From IMG/VR virus record IMGVR_UViG_3300036768_001555, positions 1-58,542 of that record: a stretch of 58,542 bases of DNA, one strand, 5' to 3'. This document shows, one piece after another, positions 16,459-25,080 of the stretch. The position numbers were made by a program, and so were the translations under genes. Positions within the stretch are counted from its first letter, which is position 1, and each line of letters begins with the position of its first letter. This DNA comes from a virus (Duplodnaviria > Caudoviricetes). The notes under the pieces were generated by a model. It was not told where the DNA came from. It made no database searches and was given only the letters and a program-made list of their open reading frames with translations.

Positions 16459-16765
16459 ACTGTTTTGGCAAAAGTACGGAGCATTGCTGCAATTCGTAGG
16501 TTTTCTCCTGGCGATCGCTGGGGCGGTTGGCGGGTTGTGGCGTGCGGCGCGAGATCGTTCGCGCGATGCGGAGGCAGCGATGGCACACATCAAGGCGAGC
16601 ACAGAGACGCTCAAAGCGCATACGGACGCAGTCAAAGGGTTGGCTGATGAGATCAAGCGGTACATGCGAGAGGCGACCGAGCGCGATGTGCAGCACCAGA
16701 AAGAGGTTCTGCAGCTGTACAAGGAGTTTCTGAGCGAGGTGCGTGGGCGACGGAGGCGACCATGA
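16445..16765 (+). CDS. Membrane protein with N-terminal TM and coiled coil (holin/antiholin-like)
   Basis: LLQFVGFLLAIAGAVGGLW followed by a charged helix; overlaps neighbours in operon fashion. Confidence 0.55.
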   Translation: MEPIELFWQKYGALLQFVGFLLAIAGAVGGLWRAARDRSRDAEAAMAHIKASTETLKAHTDAVKGLADEIKRYMREATERDVQHQKEVLQLYKEFLSEVRGRRRRP

Positions 16766-17040
16766 GCGTTTTGACTGCTGTATTTGCTGTGATCCTCTAC
16801 GGCATGGCGATCGGTCTGGCGCTCGCAGCAGTGCTCAAGATCGCCAAGGTGAAAAACGGGATCGAGAAGCGCAGCTTCGTCCTGTTGCTGGGGGCTATTG
16901 CCTGGGCAGCAGGGATGGACTTGCTGGGTAAGTTCATTCCACAAGCAGACTCCCTCTGGTGGCAGTATATCGCCTGGCTGCCGGTTATTATCGCGCTGGG
17001 ACTGATGAACCTGCTCATGCTTGGGTATTTTGAGGAGTAG
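16762..17040 (+). CDS. Small 3-TM membrane protein
   Basis: Three hydrophobic segments; GGAGG RBS; ATGA overlap with the upstream gene. Confidence 0.65.
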   Translation: MSVLTAVFAVILYGMAIGLALAAVLKIAKVKNGIEKRSFVLLLGAIAWAAGMDLLGKFIPQADSLWWQYIAWLPVIIALGLMNLLMLGYFEE

Positions 17041-17142
17041 CGATGCGTATCCTAGGGAATGGCTGCGGACGCACCGTGTGCGAGTTGCCCTGGCCAGGGT
17101 CGTCCCTGTGCCCGAACCATCCCTATAGAGAGGTGGTGTATT

Positions 17143-17388
17143 ATGGACAAACTGAAGTCTCGCAAGTTTCTCTTGGCCCTCGCCAGTGCTCTGGTGGTTT
17201 TGCTCAAGGGCTTGGGAGTTTTGGATTTTCGCGATGACGCAGTGTGGCAGTTGATCGCGATCGTGCTCGGCTGGATCGGCGTGGAAGGAGCCGTGGACTT
17301 TGTGCGTGCTTTGCGCAAGTACACGGTCGTCATCGAGGATGAAGCGCAAGACGAAGCACAAAATGTGGGGGCAGAGGAGTCGCCATGA
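17143..17388 (+). CDS. Probable holin
   Basis: MDKLKSRKFLLAL... N-terminus typical of 2-TM phage holins, a second TM ending in EGAVD, an acidic tail, and a GAGGTGG RBS. Confidence 0.7.
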   Translation: MDKLKSRKFLLALASALVVLLKGLGVLDFRDDAVWQLIAIVLGWIGVEGAVDFVRALRKYTVVIEDEAQDEAQNVGAEESP

Positions 17389-17846
17389 CAAGAGGGATCG
17401 TCATTCTTTTGAGCGTGCTGCTCGTTGGTGCATGGGCAGCGGCGGCACCGATCATCACGCCGAACTGCCCGCCCCAGGCGTGCATCGCTGCGGATGGTGT
17501 GCTCTCCGTGGCTGTGGGTGTGCCGGTGGCTTTCTCTGTTGCTGATCCACAGACCTCCGCGCGCGAGGTGATCTGGACGTTCGGAGATGGTGCGAAAGCC
17601 TATGGGTACACCGTTCAGCATGAGTTTGCTACGCCTGGGAAATACACAGTCGAGGCTCTCGTCGTCTACGATACGAACACAGTACCCCAGGTGGCGAAAG
17701 TGGACGTGCACGTGATTGCCGCCCCATCCCTTCTAGGGGAGCTAAAGCTCCCTGAGAAGATATTCGGGGTGAAGACGGGAGATATAGTCTTTTACACGAT
17801 TGTCGCGGTGATCTTGTACTTGCTCACTGGACAGGTGCCAGGGTGA
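17385..17846 (+). CDS. Secreted PKD-domain protein with C-terminal membrane anchor
   Basis: Signal peptide (GIVILLSVLLVGAWAAA), PKD signature WTFGDG...HEFATPGKYTV, C-terminal TM. Confidence 0.75.
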   Translation: MTRGIVILLSVLLVGAWAAAAPIITPNCPPQACIAADGVLSVAVGVPVAFSVADPQTSAREVIWTFGDGAKAYGYTVQHEFATPGKYTVEALVVYDTNTVPQVAKVDVHVIAAPSLLGELKLPEKIFGVKTGDIVFYTIVAVILYLLTGQVPG

Positions 17847-17850
17847 TCCT

Positions 17851-18702
17851 ATGGGGACTGCGCTGTGCAAGGACCTCTTCCGCCGCGAGCCAGATGAGCC
17901 AACGAACATCTCTCTGGACGATCTGGGAAACATTGACATAGCCTCTGGATGGAAGATACTGTTCCCCATGCTCCTCGTGGCTCTGGCGCTTGTCTCTTGT
18001 GTGCGCCCGACGATCCCTGATCCGCCGGAAACCGTGCCTATCAGGGTGATCTGTCCAGGCTGCATCGCTGGGCAGCAGGTCGGCTATGCCCCATTGACGC
18101 TTTACTTCTACGTGGACGTTACTGATGAGGCCACATGGGACTTCGGCGATGGGACACGTGGGATTGGCAAACTCGTCGAGCATACGTACACTGACGCAGG
18201 ATTGTACAAGGTGACAATGATTACTACGGCGGAGAGGCACCGCAGGAAGGTCACACTGAGGGCGCAAACGTATGTCAAGGTCTTGGAGCGAGCCACACCG
18301 GCGCAGCAGCAGGTCGCGATCCCTAATGCTCTGGCACAGATTACTGTGCTGGCGCCGAAGAGGCTTAGGCTTGGAGAGCAGGGCCTGTTCTGTGTGTACA
18401 TCTCGCCGAGACGAGATGTCGTCGTCGTGGACATGCAGGCAGCGGAGAACGATGCTTTGCTTGCGGACGGCGAACTCTTCCGCACGTGGCTTTATGTGCC
18501 CACAGGGGCGATCATCGAGCACTGTTTTTCGGTGCGCGGGTTCCGCGTTGGCGAAGGACGTGTGCAGTTTATCTTCTTTGTGGCTGACAACATGACAGGG
18601 AATCGTAGCGATGTCACTGTCACCATCGGAGTCGAGGATACTGGCGCTCGTGCGGAGAGAAGTGCAGACTATCGCAAACGTGTTGAGCGGTTTAGCCGAT
18701 GA
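17851..18702 (+). CDS. PKD-domain lipoprotein (start may be later, near 17968)
   Basis: Lipobox LALVS-C; APLTLYF...WDFGDG...HTYTDAGLYKV PKD signature; second beta-rich domain. Confidence 0.7.
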   Translation: MGTALCKDLFRREPDEPTNISLDDLGNIDIASGWKILFPMLLVALALVSCVRPTIPDPPETVPIRVICPGCIAGQQVGYAPLTLYFYVDVTDEATWDFGDGTRGIGKLVEHTYTDAGLYKVTMITTAERHRRKVTLRAQTYVKVLERATPAQQQVAIPNALAQITVLAPKRLRLGEQGLFCVYISPRRDVVVVDMQAAENDALLADGELFRTWLYVPTGAIIEHCFSVRGFRVGEGRVQFIFFVADNMTGNRSDVTVTIGVEDTGARAERSADYRKRVERFSR

Positions 18703-19201
18703 GCTTGTTGGGAACACAAATGCGACAGAGATCACAGAGATTGCTGAGCAGATTCGTTTGTGGGTGCATGATCTTGGCGATGCAGTCACTGTGTGCGGGT
18801 GTGCTCTATGCAAGGGGCTTTTCCCGCGGCGCCGCGCGATCCAGCTTGGCTCACAATGGCTTTGTGGTGACTGTTTTCGGAAGACACGACTCGAACCTTT
18901 CCTTGAGGAGGTGAAGACGACGAGCAATCGTCGAGGAGCACATGACACAACAAGAGCTAGACGAGCTACTCAAGCTTGTCAGGGAAGAAACGACGTTTCC
19001 GTGGGTGGTCAAGCCCTTGCTGGGGCAGTTCATCATCAAGGACAAGGACGGGAAAGACGTGCAGCCAACGCTGGCGCGGTGTCGCATGATCGAGCTGTTC
19101 ACAGTGGTAATGGGAAGCTCACTCAAGGAGCAACTCATCATCCCACACAAGGTGGAAGAGCCAACCAAGGCGGAAGGAAAACAAAGGAGAGCACGCTATG
19201 A
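18611..19201 (+). CDS. Hypothetical Zn-finger protein (extent uncertain; overlaps neighbours)
   Basis: CALC...CGDC motif; the C-terminal third overlaps the next ORF and looks low-complexity. Confidence 0.45.
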   Translation: MSLSPSESRILALVRREVQTIANVLSGLADELVGNTNATEITEIAEQIRLWVHDLGDAVTVCGCALCKGLFPRRRAIQLGSQWLCGDCFRKTRLEPFLEEVKTTSNRRGAHDTTRARRATQACQGRNDVSVGGQALAGAVHHQGQGRERRAANAGAVSHDRAVHSGNGKLTQGATHHPTQGGRANQGGRKTKESTL

Positions 19202-19274
19202 GGGCAGAAGTGACATTGGTGCTTTTGGTTCTTCTGACGCTCACGCTGGTTCTGATCGCTCAGATGAACTCTGA
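18942..19274 (+). CDS. Hypothetical protein
   Basis: GAGGAG RBS before ATG; phage-like codon usage. Confidence 0.55.
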   Translation: MTQQELDELLKLVREETTFPWVVKPLLGQFIIKDKDGKDVQPTLARCRMIELFTVVMGSSLKEQLIIPHKVEEPTKAEGKQRRARYEGRSDIGAFGSSDAHAGSDRSDEL

Positions 19275-19653
19275 GCGAATGGTCTATCAGGACGATGCGG
19301 TCACGGTCTACGAAAAAGGCGCGCGAGTGGTCGTTCCTGGCATTGCTCTGGGGGTTCCTGCGGGAAAGGTGGAGCTAGCAAAACTCGAACTGCGACGCTT
19401 GCGCATGGTCGTCGCTTCTGGGGATATGCTCGCGCGCGGGTATGTGTATCTCGGCAAAATTGCAAACGATCAGGTCGGGGCATGGCTGGAGATTGAGGCT
19501 CACGATGGCGATGCCTTACTGATCGCTGTTCCAAAGAAGTGGAAGCCATACCTGGAAGCGATCCTGGGGGCACTCGGAGCTGGGGATTCCCCAACGGAGA
19601 CGAAAGAGAATGCTCATTATGTGATCGCGGCGTTTTACGGGAAGCGAGAGTGA
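19198..19653 (+). CDS. Hypothetical secreted or membrane-anchored protein
   Basis: AAGGAG RBS; N-terminal hydrophobic helix. Confidence 0.6.
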   Translation: MRAEVTLVLLVLLTLTLVLIAQMNSERMVYQDDAVTVYEKGARVVVPGIALGVPAGKVELAKLELRRLRMVVASGDMLARGYVYLGKIANDQVGAWLEIEAHDGDALLIAVPKKWKPYLEAILGALGAGDSPTETKENAHYVIAAFYGKRE

Positions 19654-19786
19654 CCAACCCCTCTCATCACCTCCTTCCGGTGCAGGATTTTTCCCAGCCG
19701 AGCAAATCGGTATGGTTTTGCCTGCACCGGCAGCTCCTTGCTCTGCGCCGGACACCCTCCTCTCCGGCGCAGAGCTTCTTTTGAGC

Positions 19787-20068
19787 ATGAGAACGCCAGA
19801 GTCGCACGCGAAAGAGATCGCTTGCTGGATTGCGCGGCGCGTGATCCGCAAGTACCGACGCGGGCAGCGCGAGCATGGCGGGAAAGTCTGGGAGAGAGAA
19901 TGCTTCCGTGAGCTTCTGGACGAGATCACCGACCTGGTTGTGTATGCGCACATCGAGCGTGAGCGCCGCATGGAGATTCGCAAGCTCTGTCGTCGAGGGA
20001 TGAAAGGCGACATGATATCGGCGAAGGAAGCCTTGCAGCAGATCGAGAGGCTATTGCGTGCGGGGTAG
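19787..20068 (+). CDS. Hypothetical protein
   Basis: ORF containing KYRRGQREHGG...ELLDEITDLVVY (helical, MazG/dATP-diphosphohydrolase-like flavour, not certain). Confidence 0.45.
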   Translation: MRTPESHAKEIACWIARRVIRKYRRGQREHGGKVWERECFRELLDEITDLVVYAHIERERRMEIRKLCRRGMKGDMISAKEALQQIERLLRAG

Positions 20069-20134
20069 ATCAACAGGGAGATCGCCTGCCTCATACGCAG
20101 GAGGTTGCCGGTTCGAGTCCGGCCCCCGCTCCCA
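20059..20134 (+). tRNA. tRNA with CAU anticodon (Met; initiator-like acceptor and D arms)
   Basis: T-GCGGGG / CCCCGC-T acceptor; GATC/GATC D stem; CCTGC-CTCATAC-GCAGG anticodon arm; GCCGG-TTCGAGT-CCGGC T arm; encoded CCA at 20132-20134. Confidence 0.92.
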
Positions 20135-20160
20135 CGGCGTGTGGCATCAAGGAGAGCGCG

Positions 20161-20880
20161 ATGCGCTGGGACGACAGCGATGATGAAGAGCACACCAGCA
20201 TCCACGACAGGGAGATCGAGCGGGCACTACTAGAGTACGGCTTTCTCTTCTTTGATCAGCCGATCACACCGGCATCGGCGGCGGAGTTCCTCAAGCGCCT
20301 GCAACTGCTGGAACTCTTCTGGGAAGTGCGCTCTGAGAAAGACTTCGTGGTGTGCTACGTTTCATCGCCTGGCGGCGATGTCAATGCCATGCTCGCGATG
20401 CACGACGCCATTACCAACGCGAGCATTCCTCTGGTGGGGGTAGGGATGGGAGAGGTCGCCTCAGCAGCAGTGTGTCTGCTCGCATCGTTCCCGCGTCGCT
20501 TTGCATACCCCAACACACGGTTTCTCCTGCACAAGATGGAAGCCTCAAACCTGGGGGGCAACCCTGAGCAGGTTGAAAGCGTCTCCCAGGAGATCGCGTA
20601 TCTCAATGCTGTGCTGGTGCGCCTGTTGGCGAAGCAAACCTTCCAAAAAGAGAAGGTGATCAGGCAGCTCATCGAGCGTGAGAGTTACTTTGGCGTGGAT
20701 GAGGCCATCAAGCTGGGGATCATCCACGGAATTGTGGTACGCGAAGGAGCGAAGGATGCAGGAGCGTCATCGTCGCGTGTACGAACTCGCGCGACAGGGG
20801 AAAAGCATCGCGGAGATCGCTCGCATCTGCAACCTCAAGAGAAAAAGCGTGAGAAACCGCCTGCGCGAACTGGTAGATGA
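20161..20880 (+). CDS. clpP: ClpP-like (S14) protease
   Basis: SSPGGDV, GEVASAA (Ser), RFAYPNTRFLLH (His), EAIKLGII. The expected catalytic Asp reads as E (RESYF). Confidence 0.85.
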   Translation: MRWDDSDDEEHTSIHDREIERALLEYGFLFFDQPITPASAAEFLKRLQLLELFWEVRSEKDFVVCYVSSPGGDVNAMLAMHDAITNASIPLVGVGMGEVASAAVCLLASFPRRFAYPNTRFLLHKMEASNLGGNPEQVESVSQEIAYLNAVLVRLLAKQTFQKEKVIRQLIERESYFGVDEAIKLGIIHGIVVREGAKDAGASSSRVRTRATGEKHRGDRSHLQPQEKKREKPPARTGR

Positions 20881-22039
20881 AGGCATACTCACCGAGGAGG
20901 AGTATGAGGAGATTCGGCGCCGAGAGGAGCATCAGCGGGCATCGCCATCAACAACATCAACGATCAGTCTGGCGTGGGATGCACTCGCGCCAGAGGATGA
21001 ACCGAAGCATCATGCTGAGCAGAACAAGAAGTTGCGCGCAAAGCGGATGGACATCTACACTGCTGTCCTGGCAGTGCTTACCAGAGCCAAGGTACCTCTC
21101 CCCATTGCGGAACTCGCGCGCACCCTTGACGTTGCCGAAAGCGAGGCTGAGGAAGCTGTGCACTACTTGCGCTCGCAGGGGTTCAATATCTCCATCGAGG
21201 ATGGCCTGGTGGAACTCTTGCGGCACGTCCAGCCTGGCCAGAAGATCAAGGTCCGGCTGGATGAGTATACCCAGGGGCAGTGGAAGCGCATCGGCTTTGT
21301 TACGGATACACATCTGGGATCGCGCTACGCTCGCGAAGATGTGTTGCACACGATATACGACATCTACGCTCGCGAGGGCATCAAGCTTGTCCTGCACGGC
21401 GGGAATATTGTGGACGGCTACGCGAAGCGGATCAATCACTATGATCTGCTCCCAGGGTTGACGGGATATACCGCTCAGGTTGAGTACTTGATTGATCGCT
21501 ACCCCCGCAGAGAGGGCATTGAAACATGGTTTATCACTGGCGACGATCACGAGGGATGGTGGATCAAAGATGTCGGGATTAATATCGGGGAGTATATCGA
21601 GCTGAAGGCGCGGCAGAAGGGACGAGATGACCTCAAGTTCATTGGGCACATTGAATCCGACTTGGAGCTGAAAGCGCCGCGCGGGTGTGGCTGGCTCAAG
21701 GTGATGCACCCTGGCGGGGGCACTGCATACGCTACCAGCTACACCATCCAAAAGATCGTGGAGTCGTTCCAGGGCGGAGAAAAGCCGCACATTCTCCTGG
21801 CAGGGCACTATCACAAGTTCAACGTAGACTTCTCTCGCGAGGTCTATTCTGTGCAAGGCGGATGCGTGCAAGATCAGACGCCATTCATGCGCAAGAAAAA
21901 GCTCCAGGCGCACGTGGGAGGGTCTATCATCGAGTTCCACCAGTCTCCAACGGGGGAGATCAACCGCTTCCGCGTGGAGTGGTTCAGCTTCTACGATAAG
22001 AAGTTCTACGAGCATGGGAGGAGATTCGTCTCATGGTAA
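20756..22039 (+). CDS. HTH-containing calcineurin-like metallophosphoesterase
   Basis: N-terminal HTH (GKSIAEIARICNLKRKSV) and a second wHTH; metal-binding motifs DTH, GNIVDG, GDDHE, MHPGGG and GHYH. Confidence 0.82.
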   Translation: MQERHRRVYELARQGKSIAEIARICNLKRKSVRNRLRELVDEGILTEEEYEEIRRREEHQRASPSTTSTISLAWDALAPEDEPKHHAEQNKKLRAKRMDIYTAVLAVLTRAKVPLPIAELARTLDVAESEAEEAVHYLRSQGFNISIEDGLVELLRHVQPGQKIKVRLDEYTQGQWKRIGFVTDTHLGSRYAREDVLHTIYDIYAREGIKLVLHGGNIVDGYAKRINHYDLLPGLTGYTAQVEYLIDRYPRREGIETWFITGDDHEGWWIKDVGINIGEYIELKARQKGRDDLKFIGHIESDLELKAPRGCGWLKVMHPGGGTAYATSYTIQKIVESFQGGEKPHILLAGHYHKFNVDFSREVYSVQGGCVQDQTPFMRKKKLQAHVGGSIIEFHQSPTGEINRFRVEWFSFYDKKFYEHGRRFVSW

Positions 22040-22539
22040 GGCTGCTCGAAGCGCTGCTCGCGGAAGGGCGGCGCATGAACATCCGCGACGTCTATATAAC
22101 AGGCAACACCATCCTGCTCATCGTCCAGAACGATCATCGCCAAGGCTGGCTCGACCAGGCGGATTTAGAGCAGTTTGTGAAGGGGATTTTGGATTCCTTG
22201 CAAGTCAAAGGGCAAGTCAAAGGTCGGTTTCGGGTGGAATGGGCACCGGCTCCGCGCGAGAGCCTGTTCGCTCCAGGGACGAACGCCGAGGTCTTTTGCA
22301 CATTCCTGGCTGACCCTAACGCAAGGGAAGACCCTCTGGCGCTCGATGCGCAGGTAATCCACTTGGCCCCTGACGTCCTGATGGGGTGGTGTCCTGGTGT
22401 GGTTAAGGATGCCTCGGAGACAACAGTCACCGCTTCGCTCATACGAAGGCTTGTGACAATTACTGAGGACTACCGGCTGCACATTGGCTCGGATGAAGTA
22501 CGCGTAGGACGGCAAAGCAAGTACTTGAGAGCACGCTGA
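22033..22539 (+). CDS. Hypothetical protein
   Basis: ORF coupled to both neighbours; immediately upstream of the tail tip gene. Confidence 0.55.
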   Translation: MVRLLEALLAEGRRMNIRDVYITGNTILLIVQNDHRQGWLDQADLEQFVKGILDSLQVKGQVKGRFRVEWAPAPRESLFAPGTNAEVFCTFLADPNAREDPLALDAQVIHLAPDVLMGWCPGVVKDASETTVTASLIRRLVTITEDYRLHIGSDEVRVGRQSKYLRAR

Positions 22540-22541
22540 TT

Positions 22542-24632
22542 ATGGCTTGGAAATGGTATTACCCGAACATCACTATCGGAGGCATAGACGTCACCGACAG
22601 GGCGTTTCGGGTCTCGCTCAGCTCTGATGTAGATATGCACGGCTGGCAGTGCGAGATCGAGATGCACAATCATCCTGATCAGTCTCCTGACCTCTCTCAG
22701 GTCATTGAGCCTGGCCAGGTCGTGCAAGTGCGCATCGTTGAGACGACAACGCATCATAACCCTGGCGGGGGCACGCTCGTCTTTGAAGGCTTGACTGGCG
22801 ACTCTATCGCGTCCAACAGAGTTGTGGATCAGAATGACGTGGTGATTGTGCGTTGTCGCGGGAAGAGCCAAAAAATCTTACAGGACTTTTTCATCCTCGA
22901 CGAGCGAGTCTACCCCATTGCTGCACGTGATCCCGACAAGCCCTGGGTGGTCAAGAACGAGAACGCCTTCGCCTCGGCGGTGCAAGTGGCAAATGAAATT
23001 CTCTCTGAGAACTTTATCCCTGTGACGCTCACGGTACTGCATGATCCGAACTTCATGGTCTACCCGTACAAGGTCGCGGAGATTTCTGCGTGGGATGCCC
23101 TGCAAAACCTCTTTGCTCCCACGGGGTTTGTGATCGTAGACATGATGACCAGCTCTGGGTCACAGCTCACCCTGCTCGATCCACTCGCCGCTGGCTCGAC
23201 GTATACCCTGGATGAGTACTCGGCGACGAGCCTGGACAAGAGTGATGCCAACGTGCGCAATCGCGTGCGGGTGTACTGGCGCAGTCGTGATCCCGATGCA
23301 GACAAGGCCGCGGGCGCGCTCGTCCCGCCTGGGGCGCCGGAAGGCATCTTCTACGTCGAGGTAAATGATGCAGCCTCGCAAGCGAAGTATGGCGTGCGCC
23401 CGATGAAGATCGCTGAGGAGCAATCATCGCTCATTGACACGTATGCTGAGGCACTGGCATTTGCAAACTCTGTGCTCAATGACCTTGCAGAGATCGCCCC
23501 ATCAGATCAGGTTGAGGCTCCAGGAGCACTCTACCAGATCAAGCCCTACGACAAGGTCACTCTGACAAAGACCCAGGGCGGGACAGTGCAAGTGACAGGG
23601 GTGCAGTACGAACTCTCGCCAGGCGGCATTGCCCGCACGACGATCTCTGGCGTGAGAAAACCGATCCGTGAGTACGAGACGCACATCACCCGCGAGGCCC
23701 GCGCTCGCGCAAAGGCGAGCAACGAGACCGCGCAGACGCAATTCCGCGTTGGTGCACGCGAGCGCGCGGCGATGGCTCAAATCGGCAAACGCATGGACGG
23801 CTCTGGCATTGTAGACCCGCCGGAGGCCCACGGGGGCATCCTCGAAGTTTCGTTCACTTTCCCCAGGGTGAAAAAAGACGAGCGAGGAAAGCCCAACGAG
23901 TCACTCGCAAGGTACAAGGTTTACTACAAGTATGACATCGAAGAAAATTCTCCAATTCCTGAGATAGACGTGGAGGATAAAAATACATACGACGGGACGG
24001 TCTACGTAGACAATGAGATCGTGACCATCCCTGTCAAGCGCGTCAAGGATGATCAGGGGAACTATCACAACCAGATCGTCGCGGTGAAGATCACGGCGCT
24101 GGACAGAATGGGACGCGAAAACGTGCCCTCGCTCCAAGCCGAGGGTAAGGCGCTGGCCTACCGCGTCCCCGTGGCCATTGATGCAGGGGTCATCCGCAAC
24201 CCAACGAGCGGATACACATTCGTCTGGCAGGGGAAGCAAGTGACCGTGCCAGAAGATCACTTCTGGGTGGTTCAAGTCGTGCCAATGGAGCCGTATGCGA
24301 TCATTGCAGACCCCCTCATGGGCGAAGTCAACTCGATCGTGAGCAAGCAATATGGCATCTTCGAGGCACATGATCAGCAGGGGAACTCTGTAGTAGACAC
24401 TGTGTTAGAGCCAGGGACGTACACGACTGATCTGAGGATTTATCACGAGATCGCCCTGGGGGGCATCGAAGACCCTGGCTGGGGTGAGCATCAGTTTCTC
24501 CAGGGCGGTGACCTCATGATAAAGGGGAATGTGACGACAAAGGCCGATGACTTCGGGTTCGTCTGGCCCCAGATCGTAGACAAGAAGGCATACCCCTCAG
24601 TGTTCTGGATCGTCTGGCAGGTGCCGAAGTAA
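22542..24632 (+). CDS. Tail tip / baseplate hub (Tal-like) protein with FN3-like C-terminal part
   Basis: ITIGGIDVTD N-terminus, SAWDALQNL, NVRNRVRVY, SQAKYGVR and QIKPYDKVTL hub-protein pattern; YKVYY...VKITALDRMGRE FN3-like segment. Confidence 0.7.
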   Translation: MAWKWYYPNITIGGIDVTDRAFRVSLSSDVDMHGWQCEIEMHNHPDQSPDLSQVIEPGQVVQVRIVETTTHHNPGGGTLVFEGLTGDSIASNRVVDQNDVVIVRCRGKSQKILQDFFILDERVYPIAARDPDKPWVVKNENAFASAVQVANEILSENFIPVTLTVLHDPNFMVYPYKVAEISAWDALQNLFAPTGFVIVDMMTSSGSQLTLLDPLAAGSTYTLDEYSATSLDKSDANVRNRVRVYWRSRDPDADKAAGALVPPGAPEGIFYVEVNDAASQAKYGVRPMKIAEEQSSLIDTYAEALAFANSVLNDLAEIAPSDQVEAPGALYQIKPYDKVTLTKTQGGTVQVTGVQYELSPGGIARTTISGVRKPIREYETHITREARARAKASNETAQTQFRVGARERAAMAQIGKRMDGSGIVDPPEAHGGILEVSFTFPRVKKDERGKPNESLARYKVYYKYDIEENSPIPEIDVEDKNTYDGTVYVDNEIVTIPVKRVKDDQGNYHNQIVAVKITALDRMGRENVPSLQAEGKALAYRVPVAIDAGVIRNPTSGYTFVWQGKQVTVPEDHFWVVQVVPMEPYAIIADPLMGEVNSIVSKQYGIFEAHDQQGNSVVDTVLEPGTYTTDLRIYHEIALGGIEDPGWGEHQFLQGGDLMIKGNVTTKADDFGFVWPQIVDKKAYPSVFWIVWQVPK

Positions 24633-24641
24633 AATATCGTT

Positions 24642-25052
24642 ATGGCGAAGAAAGAGTTCGTTGTGAAAGAGATCGCGGTGGGCAAAGATGTCCAGGGCGA
24701 GTTCGTGCGTCTGGTGGTCGAGCTACCGTACTCAGCGGCGTGGTCAAAGAACATCATGTGGCGGCACAGCAAGGGCAAGACGTTCCTCAATGAAGAGAGC
24801 AAGGTCTTGCGGGACAAGCTTGCCGCGTTCATCAAGCTGCGCAGGCTGCCGTGGCGTGCTAAGAAGAAGACGCATATATACATAGACGTTCACCGCTCAG
24901 ACATGCGTGCAGATGTGCAAAACTTTATTGATCTCCTCTGCGACGCGGTGAGCGCGGGGACAGGCATCGGTGACAATTACTTCGCAGGTGCTTGGGAGTG
25001 GGAGAAAGTTCCAAAAGGCAAGGAGAAGATCATTCTGGAAATCCTGCAATAG
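24642..25052 (+). CDS. rusA: RusA-like Holliday junction resolvase
   Basis: LPYSAAWSKN.MWR N-terminus and the RADVQNFIDLLCDAV..GIGDN acidic motif. Confidence 0.72.
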   Translation: MAKKEFVVKEIAVGKDVQGEFVRLVVELPYSAAWSKNIMWRHSKGKTFLNEESKVLRDKLAAFIKLRRLPWRAKKKTHIYIDVHRSDMRADVQNFIDLLCDAVSAGTGIGDNYFAGAWEWEKVPKGKEKIILEILQ

Positions 25053-25080
25053 TTTGACTTTCGCTCCTGGAGGTACAACA

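Noticed and set aside
18611-19274. 260-bp overlap of two + strand ORFs as deliberate overprinting
   Set aside because: The overlapping tail of the first ORF is low-complexity and may simply reflect a lost stop codon; nothing supports a function.
20059-20134. tRNA as an attP or integration site
   Set aside because: No integrase or recombinase was recognised and there is no duplicated tRNA 3' end; the element at 31212-31262 has a different sequence.
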